A stretch of DNA of 64,000 nt, taken from NCBI RefSeq assembly GCF_006345805.1, contig NC_043009.1:68200001-68264000 (forward strand), read 5' to 3'. Position 1 is the first letter of the stretch; each line of letters begins with the position of its first letter. The DNA is from Octopus sinensis. Lineage: Eukaryota. The notes under the pieces were generated by a model. It saw only the letters and a list, made by a program, of their open reading frames with translations. It did no database searches and was not told the origin of the DNA. Of the stretch, positions 1 through 11,569 are shown in pieces. Position numbers and translations under genes: made by a program.

Positions 1-212
1 AGTGTGTCTGTGTTTGTTTCCCCTAGCATTGCTGACAACCGATGCTTGTGTGTGTTTACGTCCCCGTCACTTAGCGGTTCGGCAAAAGAGACCGATAGAA
101 TAAGTACTGGGCTTACAAAGAAAAGTCCCGGGATCGATTTGCTCGACTAAGGCGGTGCTCCACATGGCCGCAGTCAAATGACTAAACAAGTAAAAAGAGA
201 GAAAAAAGGAAA
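1..212 (+). mobile_element. SINE family A, 3' portion (cut by window start)
   Basis: Matches the 3' half of the copies at 5648-6010 and 28993-29505, including GGCGGTGCTCCA(G)CATGGCCGCAGTCAAATGACT(G)AAACAAGTAAAAG. Confidence 0.85.
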
Positions 213-1119
213 GATATATATATATATATATATCTATATATATATATATATATATATATCCACGTATACCCAAATTTATATATGCATTCGCCCAAACACA
301 CATGTGTGTATGGAGACACACGAGCATGCGAACGCAAACACATGCACATATTCATATATATGACACACTGCCGACTGGTTTTGGCATGAGGGACCGAATG
401 TTAAAGCGTGGGTTCGTGCTGTAAGTTTTCTCTTTGAGCAGGATGATTTATTGTTTTATAGTGCATTCACAATACAGACAACAGATTTACCTATGATATT
501 TGCAGTTGTCATGGTTCATATGGTTTTCACCTACATCATATCAGAGTCTCGTTTTTCTTGTACTTTGGTTTTTCCTAATTATGTGCCTGTCTACAAAAAT
601 GGCACCGAGTGTAACAGTTTCAAATTTCAAACAAAATCACTGTGATGCAATTTACGATTAAATATGTCAATTTTGTATGAGACGAGCAAGTTGAAGTTGT
701 ACAACGTTAAATACATGAAAAAGATAAAAGGATAGCAGAAAGGAAAACGTTGTCTCGGTTAACATAAGCTATGATAATTTCAGAAACAGATTCAACACGG
801 CAAACAGCTATTGATTTCAGTGAGCTACTTGGTTCCATATCTAAAGTGTGCCAACTAAATTCCTCGATATAGGACCGAAGAATAACATGTTCTGTTTGGA
901 GCACTGTAAACTTAGCTCTTACCTTCTCTCCGTCCCCCTCTCTTTACCTCTGGCTGTCTGTCTGTTTATCTCTATCTCTCTATCTCTTCCTCTGTATACA
1001 TTTCTTATGTAAAACGAAAGACCAAATCTGACTCGAGTTGAATAATAACAATTATATTTCTGTGAACATGTCTTTCTGTATGTATATGAGTGTATATGCA
1101 TATATATTATATATATATA

Positions 1120-1617
1120 CTAGCAGTATCGCCCGGCGTTGCTCGGGTTTGTAAGGGAAATAACTATATAGCATTTTTAGAGAGTTACTTCCCTATAATT
1201 CGGGCTTTCTTAGCCATTTTTGTTTGGGTGTCTTCAAGCCATGAAGTCGTTGTTCTAAAAGAACGCTGGTTTCCTTCACAACGCATTACGACGTTGATTT
1301 CTTACACTCCCTTCCCCACAGCTTCACGAGGGAGGGAAGGGGGAGAAGCAAACAGGTGCAGCTGTGAGCGTGGACGCCAACTCCGCCGCCATCGACACAC
1401 GATGCATTTTATGCATAAAAATGGAATAAAAATGATGTTAAATTATTTTAAATCGTAGACTCATCGTTGACGCGCGCTAATAGTCAGACGGGCTCGATAT
1501 GAATCAGGACTATAAACACACCGAATTTGGTTAAACTCAACCGCAAAATGTGGGGGGAGTTAGGAATCTAAATCGAAGGGGACAGACACTCACACAACTA
1601 GAGTTTATATATATAGA
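1120..1617 (-). mobile_element. Non-autonomous Helitron, about 500 bp, both termini intact
   Basis: Minus strand starts A|TC(TATATATA..) at 1617 and ends CTAG|T at 1120. GC hairpin CCCGAGCAACGCCGGG (1132-1147) lies 8 nt upstream of the terminal CTAG. No TSD. These are canonical Helitron hallmarks. Confidence 0.8.
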
Positions 1618-1803
1618 TATATATAATATATATACATATACATGTATGTACGTATACATATATATGAATATATATAAATAGATAAATATAAATATATCTA
1701 TAGATATACCTGATGTCTAGGTATATATACATATAAGATATATATATATATAATCATGTCTCTCTATTCATATACACATCCTTATATATACATATATATA
1801 TAC

Positions 1804-1836
<33 letters not shown>

Positions 1837-1847
1837 CATACACACAC

Positions 1848-1945
1848 ATACATAAATGCATACATACATACATACATACATACATACATACATACATACA
1901 TACATACATACATACATACATACATACATACATAATACATACATA
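1848..1945. repeat. (ATAC)n microsatellite
   Basis: Direct tandem ATAC units. Confidence 0.95.
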
Positions 1946-1951
1946 TGTATA

Positions 1952-3045
1952 TCAGGCTGAGGAAAAAGTAAGCAACGTTTTGAAACATGAAATTCATCAC
2001 AATATATTTCAACAATGCGGAAATTTTATCCATCAAAGTAAATACCATTACAATCAACACATTTTTGCCGAGTTAATAATCTGGAGTTCTGGAGTTGATG
2101 AACTCTTTGAAAGAACTTTCAGCATAGGTTTGATTTTTTAGCTCCTTCTCTCGCGGGAAACAATCAAGGTATTAAAAGAGTGGTAGTCGGTAGGAGAAAG
2201 GTTTGGGGAAAAAGCTGGGAAAGGAAGAACTTCGTAGCCAAATTCCCTCACCTTCTGAAGCGTCATTAGTGAAACGTTTGGTCGAGGATTGTCAAGAAGA
2301 ATGATCGACCCTCTTCTGTTGACCAGTCGGGGACGGAGGAGTATCAGTTTTTTCCTTTATTTTGGCAATTTCTTGGCAATATGCTCCTGCAGTAACGGTT
2401 TTTCCTGTTTTAAGTAGTTATTGTGGATGACACCAGCAGTACACCACCAAAGAGTCACCATAACCTTCTTTTTGGAGATTTTGGGTTTAGGGAAATAAAC
2501 AGGGAGAGAGGCTGGTCACAGAGAAGAATCGATGAGCAAATTTCATATCTGCGCATTTTCTGATTTTTTTTTCAAATCGTGTAGTACCAATTTGTCAAGC
2601 TTTTTTCAATTTCCAATCGCATGCAAATGATTTCAGGCAATTTTCTGACTGACATGAAGGTCTGTTGTCAGTCCTCGAGGGGTTTTATGTGGATATTTCT
2701 CAACGACAGTCTTTAATCGACCGTCATCAATGACACATTGGCCTCCACTACGCTCGCGATCTTCGAGACTCAGATTTCCACTGTGAAATCGTTTAAACCA
2801 TTTTCGAGCTGACCACTCACTGGTCATTTCCCCACCAAACGTTTCGTTGATATCGCAGTTTCAGCTTCTTTCCATCTATTTCAGATGATTGTAACAACGG
2901 TGAAAAAAATTCAATGTTAATTTATTGATGCATTTGGGAAGGTGACTATAGCAAAAACAATTGTTTAAAAAAAATCAGAACTCTGCAAAATCCCAGTACA
3001 AATTATCCATGGTTCATAACGTTGCTTACTTTTTACTCAAGCTAA
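1952..3045 (-). mobile_element. Decayed mariner transposon with TIRs and internal deletion
   Basis: About 28-bp TIRs (TCAGGCTGAGGAAAAAGTAAGCAACGTT / AACGTTGCTTACTTTTTACTCAAGCTAA) with TA on both flanks. Minus-strand peptides: RKWFKRFHSGNLSLEDRERSG (HTH), KVMVTLWWCTAGVIH, IILLDNPRP, PAFSPNLSPTDYH, WQKCVDCNGIYFD. The TCDEKW (first Asp) region is missing. Confidence 0.92.
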
Positions 3046-3087
3046 TATCTGTCTTCTATCTATCCATGTATCATCTATCTATCTATC

Positions 3088-3157
<70 letters not shown>

Positions 3158-3169
3158 TTATCTATCTAT

Positions 3170-3216
<47 letters not shown>

Positions 3217-3262
3217 ATATGTATACATATATTATATATATACACATATATATATATATAAC

Positions 3263-3293
<31 letters not shown>

Positions 3294-3331
3294 TACACAC
3301 ACACACACACACAATATATATATATATACAT

Positions 3332-3544
3332 AAATGAAAGTAAAAAGAGAGATAATAAAAAGTTATTGACAATGAGGAAGGTTTTATAAAACCTTTATAT
3401 CTCAGGCCCCCAAATAGTTTTTTCTTCTGAAGATGGGCCTTTGCGCCTAAAATATAAAACTTCACATTGTCAGAGGTTTTCTATTTTCTTTCTTTTACAT
3501 TATCCGATATTATAATGCTTCAAGCGAACTGCACCGCTCTTAAC

Positions 3545-3545
<1 letters not shown>
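3332..3545 (+). mobile_element. PLE-like terminal-repeat fragment with inverted arms around a decayed hammerhead core
   Basis: Imperfect IR (TGACAATGAGGAAGGTTTTATA ... TATAAAACTTCACATTGTCA) flanks CTGAAGA-T-GGGC-CTTT-GCGCC-TAAAA, where GAAA is lost. (TA)n on both sides. Confidence 0.5.
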
Positions 3546-3597
<52 letters not shown>

Positions 3598-4200
3598 TAT
3601 ATAAATATTATATATATTATATAATATATATACAAATATGTATTCATATACTTATAAACATATACACACATTCGTACATATATTTATGTGTGTTATACAC
3701 ACACAAGGCCATTATTTTATCAAACATACACGCTTGCATTGCCTTCCACTTTTATTTTATTACAATGTTTCACGTGTCCCTCTTGAATTGTTTATTTTTT
3801 TCTTTCTTAATGCTGCCTATTTAGGGAGGAATTCTGCCTTGTTGTTACAACCGTGGTGGCACTGCTGGTGCGTAGATAATATAAGACTGCATATACGCTG
3901 CGGTCCTTCTGTGTTTGGAATCAACAAATAAAAGAGATCCACTTTCTTTCGTTTGGTTATGTAAATAAAACACGTGAATAAAGAAATTATTTCACTGTTG
4001 TTATGTATTTATGTTGTTTGAGAAAAGCCTAACGACTTATGTGACACACCTACCCGTCCGTTTAGGTATGCACAGAGGTGCATTCATGAACTCAAACTTG
4101 CATACACATACACACCTGCGCGCGCATTCACATTTTACGTCAATTCCGTGCCGTGTGCAAATACTCTTTGTGTAGCTGTAGGCATCACCGTTTAGCTTTA

Positions 4201-4603
4201 AAGGAGGGGAAGCAGGCAAAATCGTTAGCACGTCGGGCGAAATGCTTATCGGTATTTCGTTTGCCGCTACGTTCTGAGTTCAAATTCCGCCGAGGTCGAT
4301 TTTGCCTTTCATCCTTTCGGGATCGATTAAATAAGTACAAGTTACGCACTGGGGTCGATATAATCGACTTAATCCCTTTGTCTGTCCTTGTTTGTCCTCT
4401 CTGTGTTTAGCCCCTTGTGGGTAGTAAAGAAATAGGTATTTCGCCTGTCTTTACGTTCTGAGTTCAAATTCCGCCGAGGTCGACTTTGCCTTTCATCCTT
4501 TTGGAGTCGATAAATTAAGTACCAGTTGCGTACTGGGTCGATCGAATCGACTGGCCCCTCGCCCAAAATTTCAGACCTTGTACCTAGAGTAGAAAGGATT
4601 ATC
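4201..4603 (+). mobile_element. SINE family B, dimeric form
   Basis: tRNA-like head with B box GAGTTCAAATTCC. The segment GGTATTTCG..TTCTGAGTTCAAATTCCGCCGAGGTCGACTTTGCCTTTCATCC occurs twice (about 4250 and 4436), with two different tails. Confidence 0.85.
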
Positions 4604-4615
4604 ATTTAGTTTTAA

Positions 4616-4696
4616 TCTTTTATTTGTTTCAGTTATCAGACTGCGGCCATGCTGGTGCAGCGCCTTCAAGAATAATTTAGTTGAATGAATCAACTA
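4616..4696 (-). mobile_element. SINE family A tail fragment
   Basis: TTTGTTTCAGT..GACTGCGGCCATGCTGGTGCAGCGCC is the reverse complement of the family A tail. Confidence 0.7.
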
Positions 4697-4869
4697 TAGC
4701 ACATGCATTTTAAGCTTTATACTTATTTTATCGGATGTGAAGTGGAGGTGGGGGTGGGGGTGGGACATAGACAGACACACACACACATACAGACACGAGC
4801 ACAGATGCAAACACACACACACATACATGTGTCTGTGCGCGCGCGTCTGTTCACGCACGTGCACGTGCA

Positions 4870-5098
4870 TGTGTTTGTGCCTGTCTTTGTCCAGTACCAC
4901 CGATTAACAACCGGCGTTGGTGCGTCTGTGTCACGTGACATAACGGTTCGACTAAAGGGACTGATGGAGCAAGTACCTGGCTTTGCAAATAATAAGTACA
5001 GTGGTCGAGTCATTCGACTAAAAATTCTTCAAAGTGCTGCCCCAGCATGGCCCCAGTCTAATGACTGAAACAAGCAAAAATATAAAAGTTAAAAGATA
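4870..5098 (+). mobile_element. Diverged SINE family A 3' half
   Basis: Ends GTGCTGCCCAGCATGGCCCCAGTCTAATGACTGAAACAAGCAAAAATATAAAAG. Confidence 0.7.
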
Positions 5099-5647
5099 AA
5101 TAAGGTGGATTCAAGTCGAAAACCAGGTGAATAGTTTGGGGCTTGAGCAAGGCTCTCCATTCACATTGCTTCCGTATGTTCAGCGGTAATGAATAGCAAA
5201 GTGTTACTTCATTCTCCTCTCCTTCGAATTTTCCCATCTTCGACACTCCTTTGGCTTCAGTGTAAATCAAGAAGAAGTCGTTTTGTCTACTCGCGAATAA
5301 ATATACTCTTAAACGATTTAATGAAAGTTTAGTTACTAAGACTTGTTCACCTGATTGTGACGGTTGACAATAATGGAGCGGCTTTCATAAGAAAAAAAAA
5401 ACGATATGGAATATTTATATCTTAATTTGATCAAAGAAAGAGCAAAACCATTATTAATATATGTCTTCTCGAAAAGTGGAGAGTTGCCGTGTATCTGAAG
5501 GAGCGGTCACATTAAGTTCCAGCTTAATTTGAATGGCGATGTATTTTCCATGAAATGGATAAGGTATATGGTTGTGCAACTGGTACTTGGGATCGAAACC
5601 AAATTCTTTTTGTCACATATATGACCACATCTACTGCCATAATATAT

Positions 5648-6010
5648 AGGCGTAGGAGTGGCTGTGTGGTAAATGTCTTCTACTATAGCCTCGGGCCGAA
5701 CAAAGCCTTGTGAATGGATTTGGTAGACGGAAACTTAAAGAAGCCTGTCGTATATATGTATATATATATATATGTATGTGTTTGCGTATATGTTTGCGTG
5801 TCTGTGTTTGTCTCCCCAACAGCGCTTGATAACTGATGCTGGTGTGTTTACGTCCCCGTAACTTAGCGGTTCAGCAAAAGAGACTGATAGAATAAGTACT
5901 AGGCTTACAAAGAATGAGTACTGCGGTCGATTTGCTCGACTAAAAAGGCGGTGCTCCAGCATGGCCACAGTCAAATGACTGAAACAAGCACAGAGTAAAA
6001 AAGTAAAGAG
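5648..6010 (+). mobile_element. SINE family A with the B-box region deleted
   Basis: Head AGGCGTAGGAGTGGCTGTGTGGTAA is joined directly to TGTCTTCTACTATAGCC. About 60 bp present in the copy at 28993-29505 is missing. Full tail present. Confidence 0.85.
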
Positions 6011-7696
6011 GCCAAAGTAACACAAGATTCCGCACCAGCTACATTTGTTTGTACGGGGACATTTGGTTAATGATACCATTTAATTTACAGCTCATTCAGG
6101 TTGTTAAAGCCGATGAGGCTGAGCATAAATGATATGTGCTCGAGTGGAATCTAAGTGGAGATGTGCAATGGTTTCTGTAAACCACAGAACCATTTTTTTG
6201 CATCTAGACTCCACTTTGGAATAGAGCTGGAAGAAGAAATGGCTGGTATTATGGAGAACACAAAGCTTAGTTTTTACACATCTAATTGTAAAAGTCTCCT
6301 GGGGGCTTTCAGGTCTCAGAGGCTGGAATCACAAAGGAGAGAAAGAGAACACCGTAGAGAGGCTGATAGACACCAGACCCAGAGGTTGCTTATTTCAAAA
6401 TACTACCATTTATAGATCTGTGAATCCTCGAAACCTTCTCTAGATGTCAACTATGAGAAAACGGATCAGGAAGTCAATAACGAAGAAACTTTATGCATCT
6501 TCTTACACGAGCGCCACTTATGAAATCGAGGTCATAAGAGGTAAATGGAACCTGAACAGGTTGGAACAGGAGAAAATTCAGAATAAAGCAATGAATCCAA
6601 ATAAAATAAATAAGAAGACTTCTCTGCCGCTACATTCCATGAAGCTTACGGCTCTGTAAACATGCGACGGGATAGAATATTCAGTAGATCGGCTCTGTTG
6701 TGAAAATTGTATCGAGTTCCTTTCATGCTATAAACAAACATTTTCGGATGGAGGTTGGTGCTTTTTACCATGTCGATGTAAAACAATATCCTGACAGGCT
6801 CATTTGGTTGCACCAGGTTTTGATATGAGGATCAGGAGGTGGACAGACATGAGATCAATTCGAAAGTACTTTCAATCAAACCCGCTGCTCGTTTATCATT
6901 GAAGTGGCTTACATTCTTTGTTTTGTGCTTCACTTTTTTATATTTTTTTAATTACATTTTTGTAACGATATATTCATTAACTTATTCTGTGTGAATTTTT
7001 AAAACTGCTTAGCAGCGTTATCTGGTTCTTTATGTACTGATTGCGAATATCACCAAAATCAATTTTCTGGATCGATAAAATAAAATGCATTAAAATATTG
7101 CAACCGATGTAGTAATCTTGTTTTGACAACAAAACCAATAATAATAATATTTGTGGCAAGTCCAGTAAAAGTAGCCCTAGGGTTGGCGGTAGTTGTCCCC
7201 TTTTCTATGCCACACGCCTATTTAGAAGTATTGCTGTCACCTAATAACATTCCGAAATAGACGTAACACGAGCACCACGTGATTTTTACAAGAAAATCGT
7301 TAAATCTTCTACAAGTGATACCATAGAAATTTACTTAATTGTATTTATTGCAGTTCACTTTCCGATATTTCTATTAAATCGTCTTTCGAAACGATTGAAA
7401 CCGGTTGCATATTCTGATAACAAGAAATACTTCTTTCCCTTTACACATGATAAACATATCAAAGCTTACTTCTTTGCATTTTTTTCATATAAATTTTCTC
7501 ATTTGAAACTTAAGCTTCCCAAAATATATATGTGTGTGTATGTGTTCGCGCGTTTGTGTGCATATGTGTATCAATCTATCTATCTATTCATATATACATG
7601 TATGCATATATATATATATATATAATATATATATATTATATATATATATATATAGGTGAGGAAGTTGGTGTGTGAAAGCACGTGGTTGAATATAAG

Positions 7697-7926
7697 AAAA
7701 TAGTAAAAAGTGAAAAAAAACAGAAGGCTTGTTTTAAAAAGGTTAAAAAATATATTTGAGTCATTATGTCGAAGAATGTTATAATTTTCTTTCCTTACGA
7801 TGACATAGTTTCTTCAAAAACTATGTCATTGTAGGAAAAAAATTAAACATTCTTCAGACATAATGACTCATATATTTTTTAACCTTTAAAACAAGCCTTC
7901 TGGCTTTTTTCACTTTTTACTATTTT
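7697..7926. repeat. About 230-bp near-perfect palindrome (fold-back element)
   Basis: AAAATAGTAAAAAGTGAAAAAA.CAGAAGGCTTGTTTTAAA.. pairs with ..TTTAAAACAAGCCTTCTGGCTTTTTTCACTTTTTACTATTTT. The apex is near 7811-7818, inside ATGACATAGTTT..AAACTATGTCAT. Confidence 0.9.
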
Positions 7927-8148
7927 ATATATATATATATATTATATATATATATATAATATATAATACATGCATATTTATATAAGATAATATGTACATA
8001 TATATATATATATATATACAATATATATACATACATACATATTTATAAGATATATATGTATATATATATATATATATAAAATACATATTTATATAAGATA
8101 TATATATATATACACATTATATATAATATAAATACATATTTATATAAG

Positions 8149-8228
<80 letters not shown>

Positions 8229-8279
8229 ATATATATAATAAAATATCTATACATATATACATACACACCCGCGCACAGC

Positions 8280-8451
8280 CACTAAACCTTTTTATTTTCT
8301 CTCCCTGTTTATTTCTTCTGTCTTCCTTCTGTCAAGAGGCGTAGCTCGAAACGTAAAAGACTTTCTCACTTCCCGAGCGTTAAACTAATACATCTGTTTT
8401 GTTGTTTACACACCCGTGTTCGTCTTTTCTTTTGTTTTATTTTTTGTAATT

Positions 8452-8460
<9 letters not shown>
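8280..8460 (+). mobile_element. PLE terminal-repeat fragment with decayed CUGUYGA-type hammerhead
   Basis: CTTCTGTCAAGAGGCGTAGCTCGAAACGTAAAAGAC is homologous to the motifs at 48197 and 52703. Followed by (TA)n. Confidence 0.65.
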
Positions 8461-8489
<29 letters not shown>

Positions 8490-9479
8490 ATATATATATA
8501 ATATATATATATATATAGTATATATGTGATGTGTGGTGTGTATATTTGGAATTTAGTTGGAATCGATATATACACATGTGTCGAGTACGTGTGTGTACAA
8601 GTCTGTGTGTGTGTGTGTAAGTGTGTGAGTGTGCAGATGACAACAGGGTGAGAAAGCTGACAGATAGAAAGTGAGAAAGACAGTGAACGAGAAATAATAA
8701 ATGAGGTGACGCAGAAGAGGAAGGGGACGGGGAGATGCGAACGAGTGAGAAGGTGCCGGGGTGAAACTGGGAGAATTTCAGGATAACAGAAACGAAAATC
8801 CAGAAGGAAAGATTAAATGATTTAATTCAATATGAACCTGAATTATTAAATCGAATCAAATGAATTATTTAATTTATTTGTTTTTGAAATGTCATAATGA
8901 ATAACGCGGGGACAGACCGCTCATCAGGTTATAAAATTTAATGCAATTATTGACTTCGACAAACAGAAAATACGACACGAAACAGACGTATGAGAAAAGC
9001 AACTACTACGAATATAATTAAATAATCGCTTATAATTCAACAAATTTATTTGTTTTAATAAATATTGGAATACTTTTATACCTTCTAAGTTTTGCTGTTT
9101 TTCGTTTCTCTTTTTAAAGAATATTCAAACTTATTTTTATTCTTTTATTTCATTTTTTTTCTTCTTATTAATGAAATATGGTTAAAAAAGGGAAAACATT
9201 TACTAGATTATAGTAGATGTATTTTACCTGATGGGTTCCTTTTGACCTCGTATGTGATCTTAGCCGGAACGTGATGTATGCGCGGTGAATTAACGAGTTC
9301 CATGTATTTCGTGTACTATTATTTTTGTTCGGCGCATGACAGTGTTTAATTCTGGATTAGTCTTGTACTAACAGGCCTTATTCTAAACTTTATTCCAGCC
9401 GTAGTCATTCTGTTCTTCTCCGGCACAGAACTACAAAAATAAATCTTGTATATATATATATGTATATATATTATATATA

Positions 9480-9518
<39 letters not shown>

Positions 9519-9645
9519 ATATATATATATATATATATACACTATATATTTCTCTCTATATTATATATTATATATATATATATATATTATATATATATAT
9601 ACGTTATATTATATACATATATATATATAGATATAGATTTGTATG

Positions 9646-9731
<86 letters not shown>

Positions 9732-9762
9732 GTGTGTGTGTGTGTGTGTATAACGAGATATC

Positions 9763-9857
9763 GTCGGCCTGAAGAGTAGCCTGCAGTTATTCAGGCACCT
9801 CACCTGAATATTTAACTTTTCGGAGGTTCCGCTCACTATGAAACATATGTAGCCCGC
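9763..9857 (+). ncRNA. Candidate type I hammerhead ribozyme with branched stem II
   Basis: GTCGGC-CTGAAGA-GTAG...CTAT-GAAA-CATATG-TA-GCCCGC. Canonical core, palindromic stem III (ACATATGT), GUA cleavage triplet, stem I GGC/GCC. Confidence 0.55.
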
Positions 9858-9937
9858 CCAGATCTTATCTACTCCATTCTGTAACTCTTGTATGTATTTA
9901 TGTATGTATGTATGTATATATATATATATTATAATAT

Positions 9938-10287
9938 GGGTTAGGTAAAAGAATTTGCATCACCACACACCGAACTTTAGAAATAGCAGCCAAAATAAAA
10001 AGAAACTACCTATTTCTTCTACTATAAGAAGCAACTCCCAGACAATATATGCTCAAAAACGTATCACGTAGGCAGAGAAAGAAAACAATGAAATTCACCC
10101 GACATTAGATTAACTGTGTACGCGTTTCGAAATTAGATAGATATGAAAAATGCAAGAATTGTACTTCCATTCTGATCACTTTTCTCATCAGCACAGTATT
10201 TCCATATATTTTAAATTTGGCAGCACTGAAAAAATCTGATCATACCTATCTGATTCCATTAACATCAGACGAATTATATCCGTGACC

Positions 10288-10288
<1 letters not shown>
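9938..10288 (-). mobile_element. About 350-bp PLE-like fragment inserted in (TA)n, carrying a hammerhead
   Basis: Flanked by (TA)n on both sides. Its left end (GGGTTAGGTAAAAG..TTAGAAATAGCAGCCAAAA) recurs at about 18510-18570. Contains the HHR at 10113-10197. Confidence 0.55.
10113..10197 (-). ncRNA. Canonical minimal type I hammerhead ribozyme
   Basis: ACTGTG-CTGATGA-GAAA[48 nt]TTTC-GAAA-CGCG-TA-CACAGT. Perfect 6-bp stem I, G10.1-C11.1 stem II, palindromic stem III ACGCGT, GUA triplet. Confidence 0.8.
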
Positions 10289-10331
<43 letters not shown>

Positions 10332-10365
10332 CAAGTTAAGACTGAAAAATATATAGATCTTTAGA

Positions 10366-10535
10366 TCTTTTAACTTTCGCTTGTTTTACTTGCTGAAGCC
10401 TTTGTCTGGGGCCATGCTGGTGCACCGCCTTGAAGAATTTTAGTCGAAAGAATCGACCCCCGTGCTTACTTTTTAAATCCTGGTATTTATTGTATTACCC
10501 TCAGTCGAACCGCTAGGTTGTCGGGACTTAAGCAC
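10366..10535 (-). mobile_element. Diverged SINE family A tail
   Basis: GGCCATGCTGGTGCACCGCCTTGAAG..TAGTCGAAAGAATCGACCCC..GAACCGCTAG. Confidence 0.65.
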
Positions 10536-11569
10536 TTTTGATTTTTCGACACATTTAACACGATCATTACCGCTCGGGCGCAAAATAAAAATCAGAAACG
10601 TTTACTAAGGAATTGACATAGCGGCGACTTGATATAAAGTAACACACAAATACACACACGCACACACACATGCACACACTATGGACACACACACACATGA
10701 ACACACATACATATACACACAATTAAGTCGCAGTGAGGAGAACAAATAAAATACAAGGACACTAAAGAAATATGCTCAAAACTGAGCAGAGTGGATAGCA
10801 CAACAAGAACGGTATCAAAATGAAAACTGGGGGGGGGGCAACAAGCGTGTCTCAGTAATTAATTTACGTACAAATATCTCACGAGACTTAATTTGTAAAG
10901 CGCTGGTATATTATGATCCCTTCTGCCGTGTCCTTTATTACTTACACCCACCAAAATGCAAAAAAACCAAGTAGATCTTTTTATTAAAGTACATTGCATT
11001 TCTTTGAAAAATACTTGCAGGACTGTCAATAAGTTTGTTACCTGGATAATATAAATGTAGCGAGTCTTTTGTCACTACCAATATCTAACCCTCAATAGAA
11101 CAGCTGATATGGATTTAAGTGAAATAAATGCCCACCTCAAAACAAGCTTCTGCAAACATTTTAACGGGACCAGTTGCTTTTTATTAAAAGTATGAAAATC
11201 TAGAATGCGAAACAATGTATTCCACGATAATCTAATGGCTAGAACGGAAAAAAATAATCAATAGAAAAATATTCGTTTCACCTAATAAAACGTGTCTGAA
11301 ATTGTTAAGCCAATACGTAATAGACTTTGTCACATTTAATAACGCATATATGCAAAATGCTATCAGGTAATTCTTGAAGAAAGTTCACACCCACCACTAA
11401 ATAATTACTACTGACATAGATATTGATGAGCGAACGGAACTGATTGCTGCACCTAAGCTATTTTAATTTACCCTTTCAGTATCTTACAAATATTTTTAAA
11501 CAAAGCCAACAATTTGGTTAATAAACACTAATAAACCGAATATGTTCTCAGAAAACATATTCTACATGA

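Noticed and set aside
8901-8932. Minus-strand ATAAC-CTGATGA-GCGG..CCGC-GTTAT hammerhead-like fold
   Set aside because: GAAA, stem III and the UH site are entirely missing.
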